This document shows, in pieces, positions 8,146-17,789 of a stretch of DNA of 47,405 nucleotides (position 1 is the stretch's first letter; each line of letters starts with the position of its first letter). The notes under the pieces are model-generated. The model was not told where the DNA came from and made no database searches. It worked only from the letters and a program-made list of their open reading frames with translations. A program made the position numbers and the translations under genes. Source of the DNA: Candidatus Brocadiia bacterium (GTDB lineage: Bacteria; Planctomycetota; Brocadiia; SM23-32); NCBI GenBank assembly GCA_046538485.1, contig JBKHIT010000037.1:1-47405 (forward strand), written 5' to 3'.

Positions 8146-9435
8146 ATGAATGAGAATTTGCTTGTTGTTGGCCTCCAATGGGGCGACGAAGGCAAAGGAA
8201 AGATAATTGACGTTTTGTCCGATCGTTTCGATGCCATTGTCCGTTTTCAAGGAGGAGCGAACGCCGGACACACCGTTCATGTTGGTGATGAAACCTTTAT
8301 CTTGCATTTGATTCCCAGCGGCATTTTGCGTTCCGAAAAGCTTTGTGTGATCGGGAACGGGCTGGTGGTTGACCCCGAATGTTTGTTGGAAGAGATTGAG
8401 GGTTTGCAGGAAAGAGGAATTAAAATAGAAGGCAACCTTCTCGTGAGCAATCGAGCGCATCTGGTGATGCCATATCATAAGTTGCTTGACGGGCTGAACG
8501 AGAAAGCGTTGGGATCCAAACAGATTCAAACAACCCGGCGTGGTATTGGACCGTGTTATTCGGACAAAGCGGCGCGGAGCGGTCTGCGTTTTGTGGATTT
8601 GATACGTCCTGAGGTGTTCAGGGAAAAGCTTTCGCGCGCTCTTGAGAGGAAAAATCGGGAATTGCAGGAAGTCTTTGGTGTTGAGCCTCTCGATTTTGAT
8701 GAATTGCACGAGCAATACAAGAACTACGGGGTGAAATTGCGTTCGTATGTGGTGGATACCGTCCCGCTGATGCGAGAGATGCAGGAGGAGGGGCGTTCGA
8801 TTCTATTTGAAGGTGCCCAGGGCACGATGTTGGATATCAATTTTGGCACGTATCCCTATGTGACAAGCAGCAATGTCTGCGCCGGTGGGGCTTGTGTGGG
8901 CAGCGGAATTGCACCATCAGGTATTGATCGCGTTCTCGGGATTGTCAAGGCTTATTGTTCCCGTGTGGGAGGAGGGCCTTTCCCGACTGAACAAGATAAC
9001 GAGATCGGAGAGACGATCCGGGAGAGAGGCCAGGAATTTGGTTCGACAACCGGACGGCCGCGTCGATGCGGATGGCTTGACGGTGTTGCGCTTCGCCATT
9101 CGGTTTTTATTAACGGCGCCGAAAGTATCGCTCTGATGCTGATGGATGTGCTCAGTGAGTTCGCTTCCCTCAAGATCTGCGTTGATTATGAGGTGGGTGG
9201 CGAGAGGGTGAAAGGTTTTCCGGCCGACATTGAGACTTTGCAGAAGGCAAAACCGGTTTACAGAGAGTACGAAGGCTGGCAAACGGATATCTCGGATGCG
9301 CGCACTTTCAGTGATTTGCCGTCGGAGGCGAACGAGTACATTGCGGCAGTTGAAGAGATTGCGGGAACATCTGTAGAGATGGTGTCCGTTGGACCCGAAA
9401 GAAACCAGATTGCGAGGCCATCGGACAATGGCTGA
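8146..9435 (+). CDS. purA: Adenylosuccinate synthetase
   Basis: GLQWGDEGKGK, RFQGGANAGHT, EGAQGTMLD, GTYPYVTSS, EFGSTTGRPRRCGWLD. Confidence 0.98.
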   Translation: MNENLLVVGLQWGDEGKGKIIDVLSDRFDAIVRFQGGANAGHTVHVGDETFILHLIPSGILRSEKLCVIGNGLVVDPECLLEEIEGLQERGIKIEGNLLVSNRAHLVMPYHKLLDGLNEKALGSKQIQTTRRGIGPCYSDKAARSGLRFVDLIRPEVFREKLSRALERKNRELQEVFGVEPLDFDELHEQYKNYGVKLRSYVVDTVPLMREMQEEGRSILFEGAQGTMLDINFGTYPYVTSSNVCAGGACVGSGIAPSGIDRVLGIVKAYCSRVGGGPFPTEQDNEIGETIRERGQEFGSTTGRPRRCGWLDGVALRHSVFINGAESIALMLMDVLSEFASLKICVDYEVGGERVKGFPADIETLQKAKPVYREYEGWQTDISDARTFSDLPSEANEYIAAVEEIAGTSVEMVSVGPERNQIARPSDNG

Positions 9436-10168
9436 TGAGCCACAGAACCTGCCGGTCCACGTGGCGATTATTATGGATGGCAATGGCCGATGGGCGCAGG
9501 CCAGGGGACTGCCGCGCCGTGAGGGCCATATGCAGGGCAGTAAAAGCGTGCGGGCTGTTGCCCGCGGGTGCATCAATCTTGGTATCCCGTACCTGACCCT
9601 TTACGCGTTTAGCACGGAGAATTGGAGTCGGCCTGAGACCGAAGTACAGTTCTTAATGGGACATTTGCGGAAGTTTCTTATTGAAAAACGCGAGGAGATG
9701 CTCGATGAAGGGATTCGGCTGAGCGCTATTGGCCGGCTCCATGAACTGCCCGAAGGAGTCCAGGAAGCTCTCCAGGAAACCGTGAATGCAACTGCAAAAG
9801 GTGATAAGCTTAATTTGACTCTCGCTCTTAATTACGGCGGCCATGCTGAGATTACGGACGCATGCCGTAAGATCGGGCAGAGCATAGCGCGCGGCGAGAT
9901 TGATCCTGCGGATGTGACCGAACAACTCGTGAGCGAAAATATTTATACCGCGGGCGTACCGAACCCGGATCTGCTGATCCGAACAGCCGGTGAGATGCGG
10001 GTCAGTAATTTTTTGCTCTGGCAAATTTCCTATGCGGAAATTGTAGTTGCGGACGTTCTCTGGCCTGATTTCGACGAAGAAATTTTGAAAGAAGCTGTTG
10101 AAGAATTTGCGGAGCGAGAGAGACGATTCGGCGGTATCCCGGACACAGATGGAAACAGCGGAAAGTGA
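9428..10168 (+). CDS. uppS: Undecaprenyl diphosphate synthase (cis-prenyltransferase)
   Basis: HVAIIMDGNGRWA, LYAFSTENWSRP, ALNYGG, PDLLIRTAGEMRVSNFLLWQISYAE. Confidence 0.97.
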   Translation: MADEPQNLPVHVAIIMDGNGRWAQARGLPRREGHMQGSKSVRAVARGCINLGIPYLTLYAFSTENWSRPETEVQFLMGHLRKFLIEKREEMLDEGIRLSAIGRLHELPEGVQEALQETVNATAKGDKLNLTLALNYGGHAEITDACRKIGQSIARGEIDPADVTEQLVSENIYTAGVPNPDLLIRTAGEMRVSNFLLWQISYAEIVVADVLWPDFDEEILKEAVEEFAERERRFGGIPDTDGNSGK

Positions 10169-10169
10169 A

Positions 10170-11141
10170 ATGGAAGAAGATAGGAGTTTGACGAGAGACA
10201 AAGATCGGCCCTCCCTTCCGGTGGCCCTTCGTACTTTAATTGGGCTGGCCTTGCTTGTGGCCTTCGGGATAATACTTTTGATTGATTACCTGGGCCCGGG
10301 AGCCTGGTTGCCCGGGAAAGCGCTGGATTTGCTCGGTGTGAGAACGGTGCTTGAACGGGGTCTGCTCATCGCTCTCGTTGGCATTGTCCCGATCGGAATG
10401 GCATTGAAAGAATTTCATGCGATGGTTCGGGAATTGGGCGCGCGTTTTTCTGTGGTCTCGCTTGTGACGGCCGGGCTTTTGATCTGGCTCTTGCAGTTTC
10501 CCGGCTGGGCGTATTTGAGGAATTTCTCAGTTTGTCCCTGGGCATTGCGCAACCCTTTGATGACCGCTGTTTCTCTGATTTGCTTTTTTACCCTCGGTTT
10601 TGTAGGATACCGCGCTCTTCAGTCGGAATTCGAGGGCGTGATAGAGTCGGTGGGGATGTTTACACTTGGTCTGGTTTACATTGTGATTCCGCTCGGGTTT
10701 TTGCTTCGGGTGCGTTCCAGATGGGAAGTTGTTGCGCTTGGCACCATGGTGGGGGTCTGTAAGATGACCGATGTCGGAGCTTATTACTGCGGCAAATTTA
10801 TTGGCGGGCCAAAAATGTCTCCGACGGTGAGTCCGAATAAAACCTGGGCGGGAGCAGTGGGCGGTATTCTCGGCGCGACGTTGGCTTCATTTGTTTTGAA
10901 GTGGCTGGGTATCGACGTTTTCTCGAGTTTTGCCATCGCTACGGTGTACGGGATTCTGGTAGGATTTGTGGCAATTACGGGTGATCTTGCTGAGTCAGTT
11001 TTAAAAAGAGAATCTGGATTCAATGATTCGGGGGAAGTATTGCCGGGTTTTGGTGGAGTGCTTGATATGATTGATGATCTTTTGTTTGTTGCGCCATTCA
11101 CGTATTTCTTTTTGGCAGTGGTTTCTTACTACGGACTGTGA
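10170..11141 (+). CDS. cdsA: Phosphatidate cytidylyltransferase
   Basis: Polytopic membrane protein with DVGAY, SPNKTWAG, GDLAESVLKR, DSGEVLPGFGGVLD; follows uppS. Confidence 0.93.
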   Translation: MEEDRSLTRDKDRPSLPVALRTLIGLALLVAFGIILLIDYLGPGAWLPGKALDLLGVRTVLERGLLIALVGIVPIGMALKEFHAMVRELGARFSVVSLVTAGLLIWLLQFPGWAYLRNFSVCPWALRNPLMTAVSLICFFTLGFVGYRALQSEFEGVIESVGMFTLGLVYIVIPLGFLLRVRSRWEVVALGTMVGVCKMTDVGAYYCGKFIGGPKMSPTVSPNKTWAGAVGGILGATLASFVLKWLGIDVFSSFAIATVYGILVGFVAITGDLAESVLKRESGFNDSGEVLPGFGGVLDMIDDLLFVAPFTYFFLAVVSYYGL

Positions 11142-11183
11142 TAAGGAGAGCGAGCCCGGCAGATGTGTCGGCTCGGTGAATAA

Positions 11184-12182
11184 TTGGAGACGGCGGTCCA
11201 TTTTCCCACAAAAGAGCAGGTTGTCAGAGTTCTCGGGCCGCGGGATATTTTTCTGCGGCAACTGCAGGGATCCTTTGACGTTCAGATTGTAGCGCGAGGA
11301 CACCAATTAGTCCTTGAAGGTGATGAACGGGAAGTCGCAGCTTGTAAAGAAGTACTGAGAGAGCTTCAGGAGCGTCTTGAGTGTGGCGAGGAGCTGAACG
11401 AATCCAATGTTGAGCGGATTATTGCCGGGGCGAAAGATCCGAAAGATCGGCCTTCAGAAGGGGCTTCGACCCGGCTTGCGAGTTTCAGGAGTGGCCAGAC
11501 GGCGCGGCCAAGAACGTCCGGCCAGGCGCAGTATATAGAAACCATGTTGGAGAACGACATTGTTTTTTGTATTGGGCCAGCCGGAACCGGCAAAACGTAT
11601 CTTGCGGTGGCGGCAGCGCTGGATTACGTGAAACGGGGTGAACTGAGGCGAATTGTTTTGTGCCGACCGGCTGTGGAAGCGGGGGAGCACCTGGGATATT
11701 TGCCCGGCGACCTGCGCAGTAAAGTGAATCCTTATCTGAGACCACTCTATGACGCACTTCATGATTTGATGTCTCCGGATATGGTTAAGAAATACATCGA
11801 TAATGATTTGATTGAAATCTTGCCGCTGGCGTTTGTGCGTGGGAGAACCCTGGACAATGCGTTCATTATTCTTGACGAAGCACAGAACTGCACGGTCGAA
11901 CAGATGAAAACCTTCTTGACTCGTTTGGGGGGGTCGGCAAAGCTTGTCGTGACCGGTGATATAACCCAGATTGATTTGCCGCACGAAGAACGAAGTGGAT
12001 TGGTAGATGTGCAGGACCGCCTTGCAGGGATAAAAGGTATCGGGTTCGTGAGGTTGAGTCAGGGGGATATCGTGCGGCACTATCTGGTGCGTCGTATTGT
12101 GGATGCCTATCAGCATGAATCTGGTGCTGAGGCCGGAACGCAGAACGCGGACTTTGAAGGTGGTGAACAGGACGATGCGTAA
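11184..12182 (+). CDS. phoH: PhoH-like ATPase (YbeZ)
   Basis: GPAGTGKTYLA, RPAVEAGEHLGYLPGDL, YLRPLYDAL, ILDEAQN, VTGDITQIDLP; TTG start. Confidence 0.95.
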   Translation: METAVHFPTKEQVVRVLGPRDIFLRQLQGSFDVQIVARGHQLVLEGDEREVAACKEVLRELQERLECGEELNESNVERIIAGAKDPKDRPSEGASTRLASFRSGQTARPRTSGQAQYIETMLENDIVFCIGPAGTGKTYLAVAAALDYVKRGELRRIVLCRPAVEAGEHLGYLPGDLRSKVNPYLRPLYDALHDLMSPDMVKKYIDNDLIEILPLAFVRGRTLDNAFIILDEAQNCTVEQMKTFLTRLGGSAKLVVTGDITQIDLPHEERSGLVDVQDRLAGIKGIGFVRLSQGDIVRHYLVRRIVDAYQHESGAEAGTQNADFEGGEQDDA

Positions 12183-14475
12183 CGGGAAAAGAGCCGGCAA
12201 CGACAGATCCATGCCCCGCCGCCTGACTGCCGGGGGCAACAGGAAAGGTTCGGGGAAAACCAATAAGAGCGGTTGGCGTCGTGTGCTCAGCCGTGAAAAT
12301 ATCGGATTGGTTCTGACTTTTGCCGGTTTAACAGTGGGAATTTACATTGTTTTTATTCTGGGTGAACCTTCGCCGGGGATCGGTCTTGGGGAACCGGCGT
12401 CGCGCAATTTCCGTGCGCCTGTAGCCTTTACGACCAAAGATTTGGATGCAACGCGGCTGGCCCGTGAAAAAGCACGCCGGAGCGCGCCGCTTGTATTTGA
12501 AACGAATGACAAATTCGAAGAAAAACCTTTGCCGTTGCGCCAGGTTTTTGAAGAAGGGGGGGATAGCAAAGCGCTGGACAATATCAGTAATAAGGCAACG
12601 CGCCGAAAGATGCGAAGCCTTTTACCCCGGCTGCGGAGGGAGAAGAAACGCGTCAGCAGGGTTTTGGAACTTGTGGAAAATGCAGTTCTGGCAAGCCCTA
12701 TCGGTTGGGATCGAGCGAGGCTGCGGATGGCGGGGGAAGCCATTATTGAGGGCGAGGCATCCGAGGAAAAGCGGAAAATTGATATGGCGAAAATCGTCCC
12801 GATTGATGCTCAATCGGAACGTTTCCGGGCTTTGTTCTCGGAACTGATCAAAGACTTATCTGATGAGGAGCAGAAAGTATTTCTCAGCGCGGCAGAGGGC
12901 TTGCTTGAGGCTGAGGTGAAACTTGACGAAGTGAGGACAACCGAAATCGAAAATCAGGCAGCGGAAGCTGTTGTGTCCGTCCGCAAAGAATTTCCTGAAG
13001 GCGCATTACTGGTAAAGAGGGGGGAAGAGGTTCGTCGTCAGCATTTGGTTCAGTTGAGTGATGCGAAAGAAAAATATATGCGCAGTGCGGCCGGTCAGCA
13101 GTTGCGCTTTCAACACCTTGTGGGGGTTGCCGTGGTTGTTTTGGTGCTTATGGCCGCCGTTGGCTTCTATCTGTCCCACTACCAGCCGGAACTTGTCCAC
13201 AGCAATCTTCAAAGGCTATCTTTTGCTTTGATAACACTGGTTCTTGTGGGGTCCGCCCGCCTGTTTGCGGTCCTGGGTTTTTCCCCGTATCTGGCGCCTG
13301 TGCCGCTGATGGTGATGGTACTGTGTCTTGTTTACGATCAGCGTTTTGGATTTGAGATGGGCGCCCTTTATGCGGTTCTTGTAGGGCTTGCTCAGGGCGG
13401 AGGAATGGCTTTCGTTGTCTTGATGCTCGGGGCGATGACCGCAGCGTTACTGACTGGCAACGTTAGAACCCGGAGTGAATTGATAAAGACGGGTTTGGTT
13501 GTTGGTTGTGCACAATGGGCCGCTGCATTGGGTCTTGGGCTTTACACGAGCGAGGGGGAAATCGCCGTTCCGCTGCAATTCTGGGGGAATCCCCTTGTCG
13601 CCGATTCATTATGGGCGCTTGGAAACGGCTTGATGAGTGGGTTCCTTGTGAGCGGACTGTTGCCTGCAATCGAACATCTATTCGGGGTATCAACCGATAT
13701 TCGGCTTCTGGAGTGGAGCGATCCGAACCAACCTCTGCTTCAGAGGTTGCTTCTCGAAGCGCCGGGAACGTATCACCACAGTATGGTTGTCGGAAGTCTG
13801 GGAGCCGATGCAGCCGAGGCCATCGGTGCCAATCCACTTCTCGCCCGTGTCAGCGCCTATTTCCATGATATTGGAAAGCTGAAAAAGCCGGAATATTTCG
13901 CCGAAAATATGCCCAACGACCAGAAAAATCCGCATGATGACCTTTCACCTACGATGAGTAAGCTGATTATAACAGCGCATCCGCGCGATGGGGCAGAAAT
14001 GGCGGAACAACATGGGTTGCCCGGTGAGGTTCAGCGCATCATTCTTGAGTCGCATGGCTCGACCATGACGCGGTATTTCTGGGATAGAGCGAAGGAACAG
14101 CAAGAGGGAGAAGACCAGAAGCCAAAAGAAAGCACTTTTCGATACCGCTTACCGACTCCGAGCAACAAAGAATCGGCGTGTATCATGCTGGCTGATGCTG
14201 TCGAAAGCGCCACTCGTTCGATGGAATCGCCTTCACCCGGGCAGATTAAAGACATAGTTCATAAAATTATTATGGATCGGCTCCATGATGGTCAGCTTAA
14301 CGAATCTGGACTGACAATAACGGACCTGAATCGGGTGGAGGAAACGCTGGTGCGGGGGCTGAGCGGCGTATTTCACAGCAGGATCCGCTATCCGGATCAG
14401 GAAGAAGAATCGGAGGAAAAAGAAGTTACCGAAAATGAGTCAACACCGGATAGAAATCAACAACCAGCAAAATAA
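12175..14475 (+). CDS. 7TM-HD (HDIG) phosphohydrolase, PgpH-like
   Basis: N-terminal TM, extracytoplasmic domain, multi-TM block, EAPGTYHHS, YFHDIGK, FRYRLPTP, MLADAVESA; canonical phoH-HD-ybeY order. Confidence 0.9.
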   Translation: MRNGKRAGNDRSMPRRLTAGGNRKGSGKTNKSGWRRVLSRENIGLVLTFAGLTVGIYIVFILGEPSPGIGLGEPASRNFRAPVAFTTKDLDATRLAREKARRSAPLVFETNDKFEEKPLPLRQVFEEGGDSKALDNISNKATRRKMRSLLPRLRREKKRVSRVLELVENAVLASPIGWDRARLRMAGEAIIEGEASEEKRKIDMAKIVPIDAQSERFRALFSELIKDLSDEEQKVFLSAAEGLLEAEVKLDEVRTTEIENQAAEAVVSVRKEFPEGALLVKRGEEVRRQHLVQLSDAKEKYMRSAAGQQLRFQHLVGVAVVVLVLMAAVGFYLSHYQPELVHSNLQRLSFALITLVLVGSARLFAVLGFSPYLAPVPLMVMVLCLVYDQRFGFEMGALYAVLVGLAQGGGMAFVVLMLGAMTAALLTGNVRTRSELIKTGLVVGCAQWAAALGLGLYTSEGEIAVPLQFWGNPLVADSLWALGNGLMSGFLVSGLLPAIEHLFGVSTDIRLLEWSDPNQPLLQRLLLEAPGTYHHSMVVGSLGADAAEAIGANPLLARVSAYFHDIGKLKKPEYFAENMPNDQKNPHDDLSPTMSKLIITAHPRDGAEMAEQHGLPGEVQRIILESHGSTMTRYFWDRAKEQQEGEDQKPKESTFRYRLPTPSNKESACIMLADAVESATRSMESPSPGQIKDIVHKIIMDRLHDGQLNESGLTITDLNRVEETLVRGLSGVFHSRIRYPDQEEESEEKEVTENESTPDRNQQPAK

Positions 14476-14890
14476 CTTGCCTTGTTCCAGGGCTGAAATC
14501 CTCAAGACGATACGTACCATGCTGCGCGATGCCGGGGTGGAGGCGGATTTGAGTGTGGCGCTTGTCGGGGACGACAAAATTGAGTGTGTAAATCGCGATT
14601 TTCTCGGGCGTGAAGGTACCACCGATGTGATTGCATTTACCTATAAAAATAAAGGAGGGTCTCTGGAAGGCGAACTGGTTGTCAACGTGGACGAAGCAAG
14701 ACGGTGTGCTCAAGATGTTGAGCACAGCGCTGGAGACGAACTGATGCTCTACGTCGTGCACGGTATTCTTCACCTGTTTGGTTTTGAGGATGACACGCCT
14801 GAAAAAAGACGACGAATGCATGAACGTGCACTGGAGCTGCTTGAAAAGACGGGCCGGAAATTAGAATCAGATACTCTTCTGGAGGAGTAG
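14435..14890 (+). CDS. ybeY: rRNA maturation endoribonuclease YbeY
   Basis: NRDFLGREGTTDVIAF, GELVV, YVVHGILHLFGFED. Confidence 0.9.
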   Translation: MSQHRIEINNQQNNLPCSRAEILKTIRTMLRDAGVEADLSVALVGDDKIECVNRDFLGREGTTDVIAFTYKNKGGSLEGELVVNVDEARRCAQDVEHSAGDELMLYVVHGILHLFGFEDDTPEKRRRMHERALELLEKTGRKLESDTLLEE

Positions 14891-14893
14891 TTT

Positions 14894-16138
14894 TTGCTAC
14901 CTGGAATTGTCTTTGCCGTTTTGTTGGTTGTGGTTCTCGTTTTGGCTATGGCTGAATCAGCCCTCTCGTATGCTTCCCGGGCTAAACTGGAAGATGTGCT
15001 TGACGACTTTGAGGTTCGCCGACGGTATTTTCGGTACCTGAACCGGTCCGGTCCTGCTCGATCTTTCTGTGTTGCGATCCGCGTTCTTGCTCTCATCAGC
15101 TTGGCGGCGTTGCTTGTGGTTCAGGCCGAATCAGAAGGTAATATATTCACCGTCCAAATGGTCCTGGGTCTGCTCGCTGCTATCCTCGCTGAATTGATGG
15201 GCCGGGTCATTGGGAAAAGCTGGTCTACACCTGTTTTAATTGTGCTTTTGCCGGCTCTTCAGATCCCCTGGTATATCGTAATGCCTTTTCGGCTATTTAC
15301 TGACGGGAAGCAGGAAACCGGCTCTCCGGAAAGAGATGAGCAGGTTGTGGATGCAGCACTTGAAGAGATACGGGTTGCTATAGAAGATGCTGCTACTGAA
15401 GGGGCTATCGAGGCCGATGAGAAAGATATGATAGAGGGGGTGCTGGAATTTGAGGACGTCGAAGTTCACGAGATTATGACTCCACGCACAGAAATTGAAT
15501 GTCTCGAAGTCAACAGCCCAGCCGAGCAGGTGGTTCTCCAGGTGGCAGAATTCCACCATTCGCGCATTCCCGTATTTGAAGATGTCCGCGATAAAATCGT
15601 GGGAGTTTTGCATGTCAAAGATCTGTTGCCTGTGGCAGCCAAAAACGAAAAATCGGGCGAAACCGTACGGGATTTGGTGCGGAAACCGTTCTTTGTGCCG
15701 GAAACCAACCGGGCTATGAGTCTTCTACGGGATTTCAAGCAAAGGCATCTTCAGATTGCTATCATACTCGACGAATACGGTGGCGTTACCGGTCTCGTGA
15801 CACTGGAAGATGTTATGGAGCAAATTGTCGGGGAACTCGAAGAAGGTTTCGAGGCTGAGAAAATCGAAGAACGAGTCCGGCCACTCGGCCCCGGAAAAGT
15901 CGATGTCGACGGCCGTCTCCGGGTGGACGACGTCAACGATATGTTCAATATTGACCTGCCAGAAGATGAAGACTACGATACGATCGGTGGGTTTGTTATG
16001 GCGCGTTTGGCGAGCGTGCCCCAGCAAGGGGAGGAATTGCGTTACAATGGAGTATTGCTTCGCGTGCTTGAGTGCGACGAGCGGAGAGTACATCGTCTGC
16101 TGCTGGAACGTCCGGGACAGGATCACGAGGAATCCTGA
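14894..16138 (+). CDS. HlyC/CorC-family CNNM-CBS-CorC transporter-associated protein
   Basis: N-terminal TM (DUF21-like), VHEIMTPRTEI, HSRIPVF, DEYGGVTGLVTLEDVMEQIVGE, YDTIGGFV. Confidence 0.92.
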   Translation: MLPGIVFAVLLVVVLVLAMAESALSYASRAKLEDVLDDFEVRRRYFRYLNRSGPARSFCVAIRVLALISLAALLVVQAESEGNIFTVQMVLGLLAAILAELMGRVIGKSWSTPVLIVLLPALQIPWYIVMPFRLFTDGKQETGSPERDEQVVDAALEEIRVAIEDAATEGAIEADEKDMIEGVLEFEDVEVHEIMTPRTEIECLEVNSPAEQVVLQVAEFHHSRIPVFEDVRDKIVGVLHVKDLLPVAAKNEKSGETVRDLVRKPFFVPETNRAMSLLRDFKQRHLQIAIILDEYGGVTGLVTLEDVMEQIVGELEEGFEAEKIEERVRPLGPGKVDVDGRLRVDDVNDMFNIDLPEDEDYDTIGGFVMARLASVPQQGEELRYNGVLLRVLECDERRVHRLLLERPGQDHEES

Positions 16139-16163
16139 GGACTCCGTCACCTGAAGGGGTAAA

Positions 16164-16979
16164 TTGCGACGAAATTACCGTACAGAGGGTGTTTGTCTTC
16201 GCCGTCTTGACTATGGCGAATCCAGCCAGGTAGCGGCTTTTCTCACCCCGGATCATGGACAGGTTGCTGTGATTGCCAGGGGAATCCGACGGGCGTCGAA
16301 ACACGGGATCAGTCGGGCGCTGGACCTGGGAGCTCGTTACCGGATTACTTATGTGGAACGTCCGGCCGCTTCGCTGCATTTTTTGAGCGAATCCACAATG
16401 ACAGACGGTTTTCTCGGGCTGCGAAGACATGCGGAAAGAGCGGCCTGCGCATATTACGCGATTGAACTCATGCGGAATTTAACAACCGAAGATCTGGGCG
16501 GCATTGAACTGTATGAGCTGCTGCTCAGGACGTTGCGGAATGTTGCGCGGGGAAAGGAACTGGGGCTATCTGTTTTGCGGTTGGAGATCGGTGGTCTCAA
16601 GCATTACGGCGCTTGCCCGAATTTCGGTGTTTGCGCTGAGTGCGGTAAGCCGCTTTCCAGGGAAGGACGGTACATATTCAGCGCATCCCATGGGGGGCCG
16701 CTATGTCAGGAATGTGGACGAGAGATTTACGACGGGCCCGATCGGTCTTCTATTTTGGTTCGGGGCGAGCAGCTTGAGGATTTGGCTGATCTGAGCTGCG
16801 GGTTATTCGTTTCTGAAAATGCGAAAACTTTTGATCCGGCCCGGATTGTTGAAGCAAGCCAGGTGCTTCGTTTCCATATCCAGTATTTGTTGGGAAAAAA
16901 ATTGGAACTCTGGAAATATCTGCACGGCCGGCATTTGAGTAAAAGCATTCAGGCGATCCGGCGGGCTGCAAATCTTTAG
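16164..16979 (+). CDS. recO: DNA repair protein RecO
   Basis: DYGESSQVAAFLTPDHGQVAVIARG N-terminus, CAECG...GGPLCQEC Zn motif, conserved position. Confidence 0.9.
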   Translation: MRRNYRTEGVCLRRLDYGESSQVAAFLTPDHGQVAVIARGIRRASKHGISRALDLGARYRITYVERPAASLHFLSESTMTDGFLGLRRHAERAACAYYAIELMRNLTTEDLGGIELYELLLRTLRNVARGKELGLSVLRLEIGGLKHYGACPNFGVCAECGKPLSREGRYIFSASHGGPLCQECGREIYDGPDRSSILVRGEQLEDLADLSCGLFVSENAKTFDPARIVEASQVLRFHIQYLLGKKLELWKYLHGRHLSKSIQAIRRAANL

Positions 16980-17005
16980 GGATTGGCACCTGCGAGGCTG
17001 AAACA

Positions 17006-17042
17006 AAAGAACCCCGCAACGGCAAACGCTGCGGGGTTCTTT
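17006..17042. terminator. Bidirectional intrinsic terminator between convergent recO and corrinoid genes
   Basis: AAAGAACCCCGCA...TGCGGGGTTCTTT 13-bp inverted repeat with A/T ends. Confidence 0.85.
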
Positions 17043-17055
17043 GTGATAGGGATGT

Positions 17056-17682
17056 TTAGCTAACCAGTTCTTTGGCCGTATCAACGGCAGAAGCGGCATC
17101 CGGAGCGTAACCGGAAGCCCCAATTTCATCCGCGTATTCCTGGGTTACGGGGGCGCCACCAATCATTGTAGCGACACCTATTCCCGATTCGCCGAGGGCT
17201 TCGATGACGCTTTTCATCTGTGGCATCGTTGTTGTCAAAAGTGCCGAAAGCGCCACGATATCGGCCTCATTTTCTTTGGCCTGTTGGAGGAAGTCTTCGG
17301 CTGAGACATCGATACCCGCGTCTATAACATCGAAACCACCCCCCTGGAGCATCATAGTGACGAGGTTTTTGCCGATATCATGCAGATCGCCTTTTACAGT
17401 TCCGATCACGACTTTGCCGGTGGCCTGGACGTTCGATTCGGCAAGCAGCGGTTCGATGATATCCATGCCGGCGTGCATAGCGCGAGCGGCGATGAGGACT
17501 TCCGGTACGTAAAATTCGTTGGCTTTGAACTTTTTACCGACAACGTCCATGCCGGCCGTCAATCCTCCCTTAAGAATTTCTTCCGCGGCCATTCCTTCGT
17601 CAACGCATTCCTGAGTGAGACGCTGAGCTTCGTCTTTATCACCTTTGATTATTGCGTCAGCAAGAGCTTCTAGGTCGGCCAT
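17056..17682 (-). CDS. Methyltransferase cognate corrinoid protein (MttC/MtbC/MetH B12 module-like)
   Basis: Cap domain GMDVVG...YVPEVLIAARAM, GTVKGDLHDIGKNLV (DxHxxG), SALLTTTM, IGGAPVTQ. Confidence 0.93.
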   Translation of the reverse strand: MADLEALADAIIKGDKDEAQRLTQECVDEGMAAEEILKGGLTAGMDVVGKKFKANEFYVPEVLIAARAMHAGMDIIEPLLAESNVQATGKVVIGTVKGDLHDIGKNLVTMMLQGGGFDVIDAGIDVSAEDFLQQAKENEADIVALSALLTTTMPQMKSVIEALGESGIGVATMIGGAPVTQEYADEIGASGYAPDAASAVDTAKELVS

Positions 17683-17789
17683 AACGACCTCCTGTTAACA
17701 GTAAAAAAGAAACCTGAGAGTTGTTTACTGAGAGTATTCAAACCTTAATAAGCGGCCAGTTTAGCAATGCTGGCCTCGCCCTGTCAACC

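Noticed and set aside
7809..8237. 142-aa minus-strand ORF across the purA promoter
   Set aside because: Overlaps purA start and a consensus promoter; composition not protein-like
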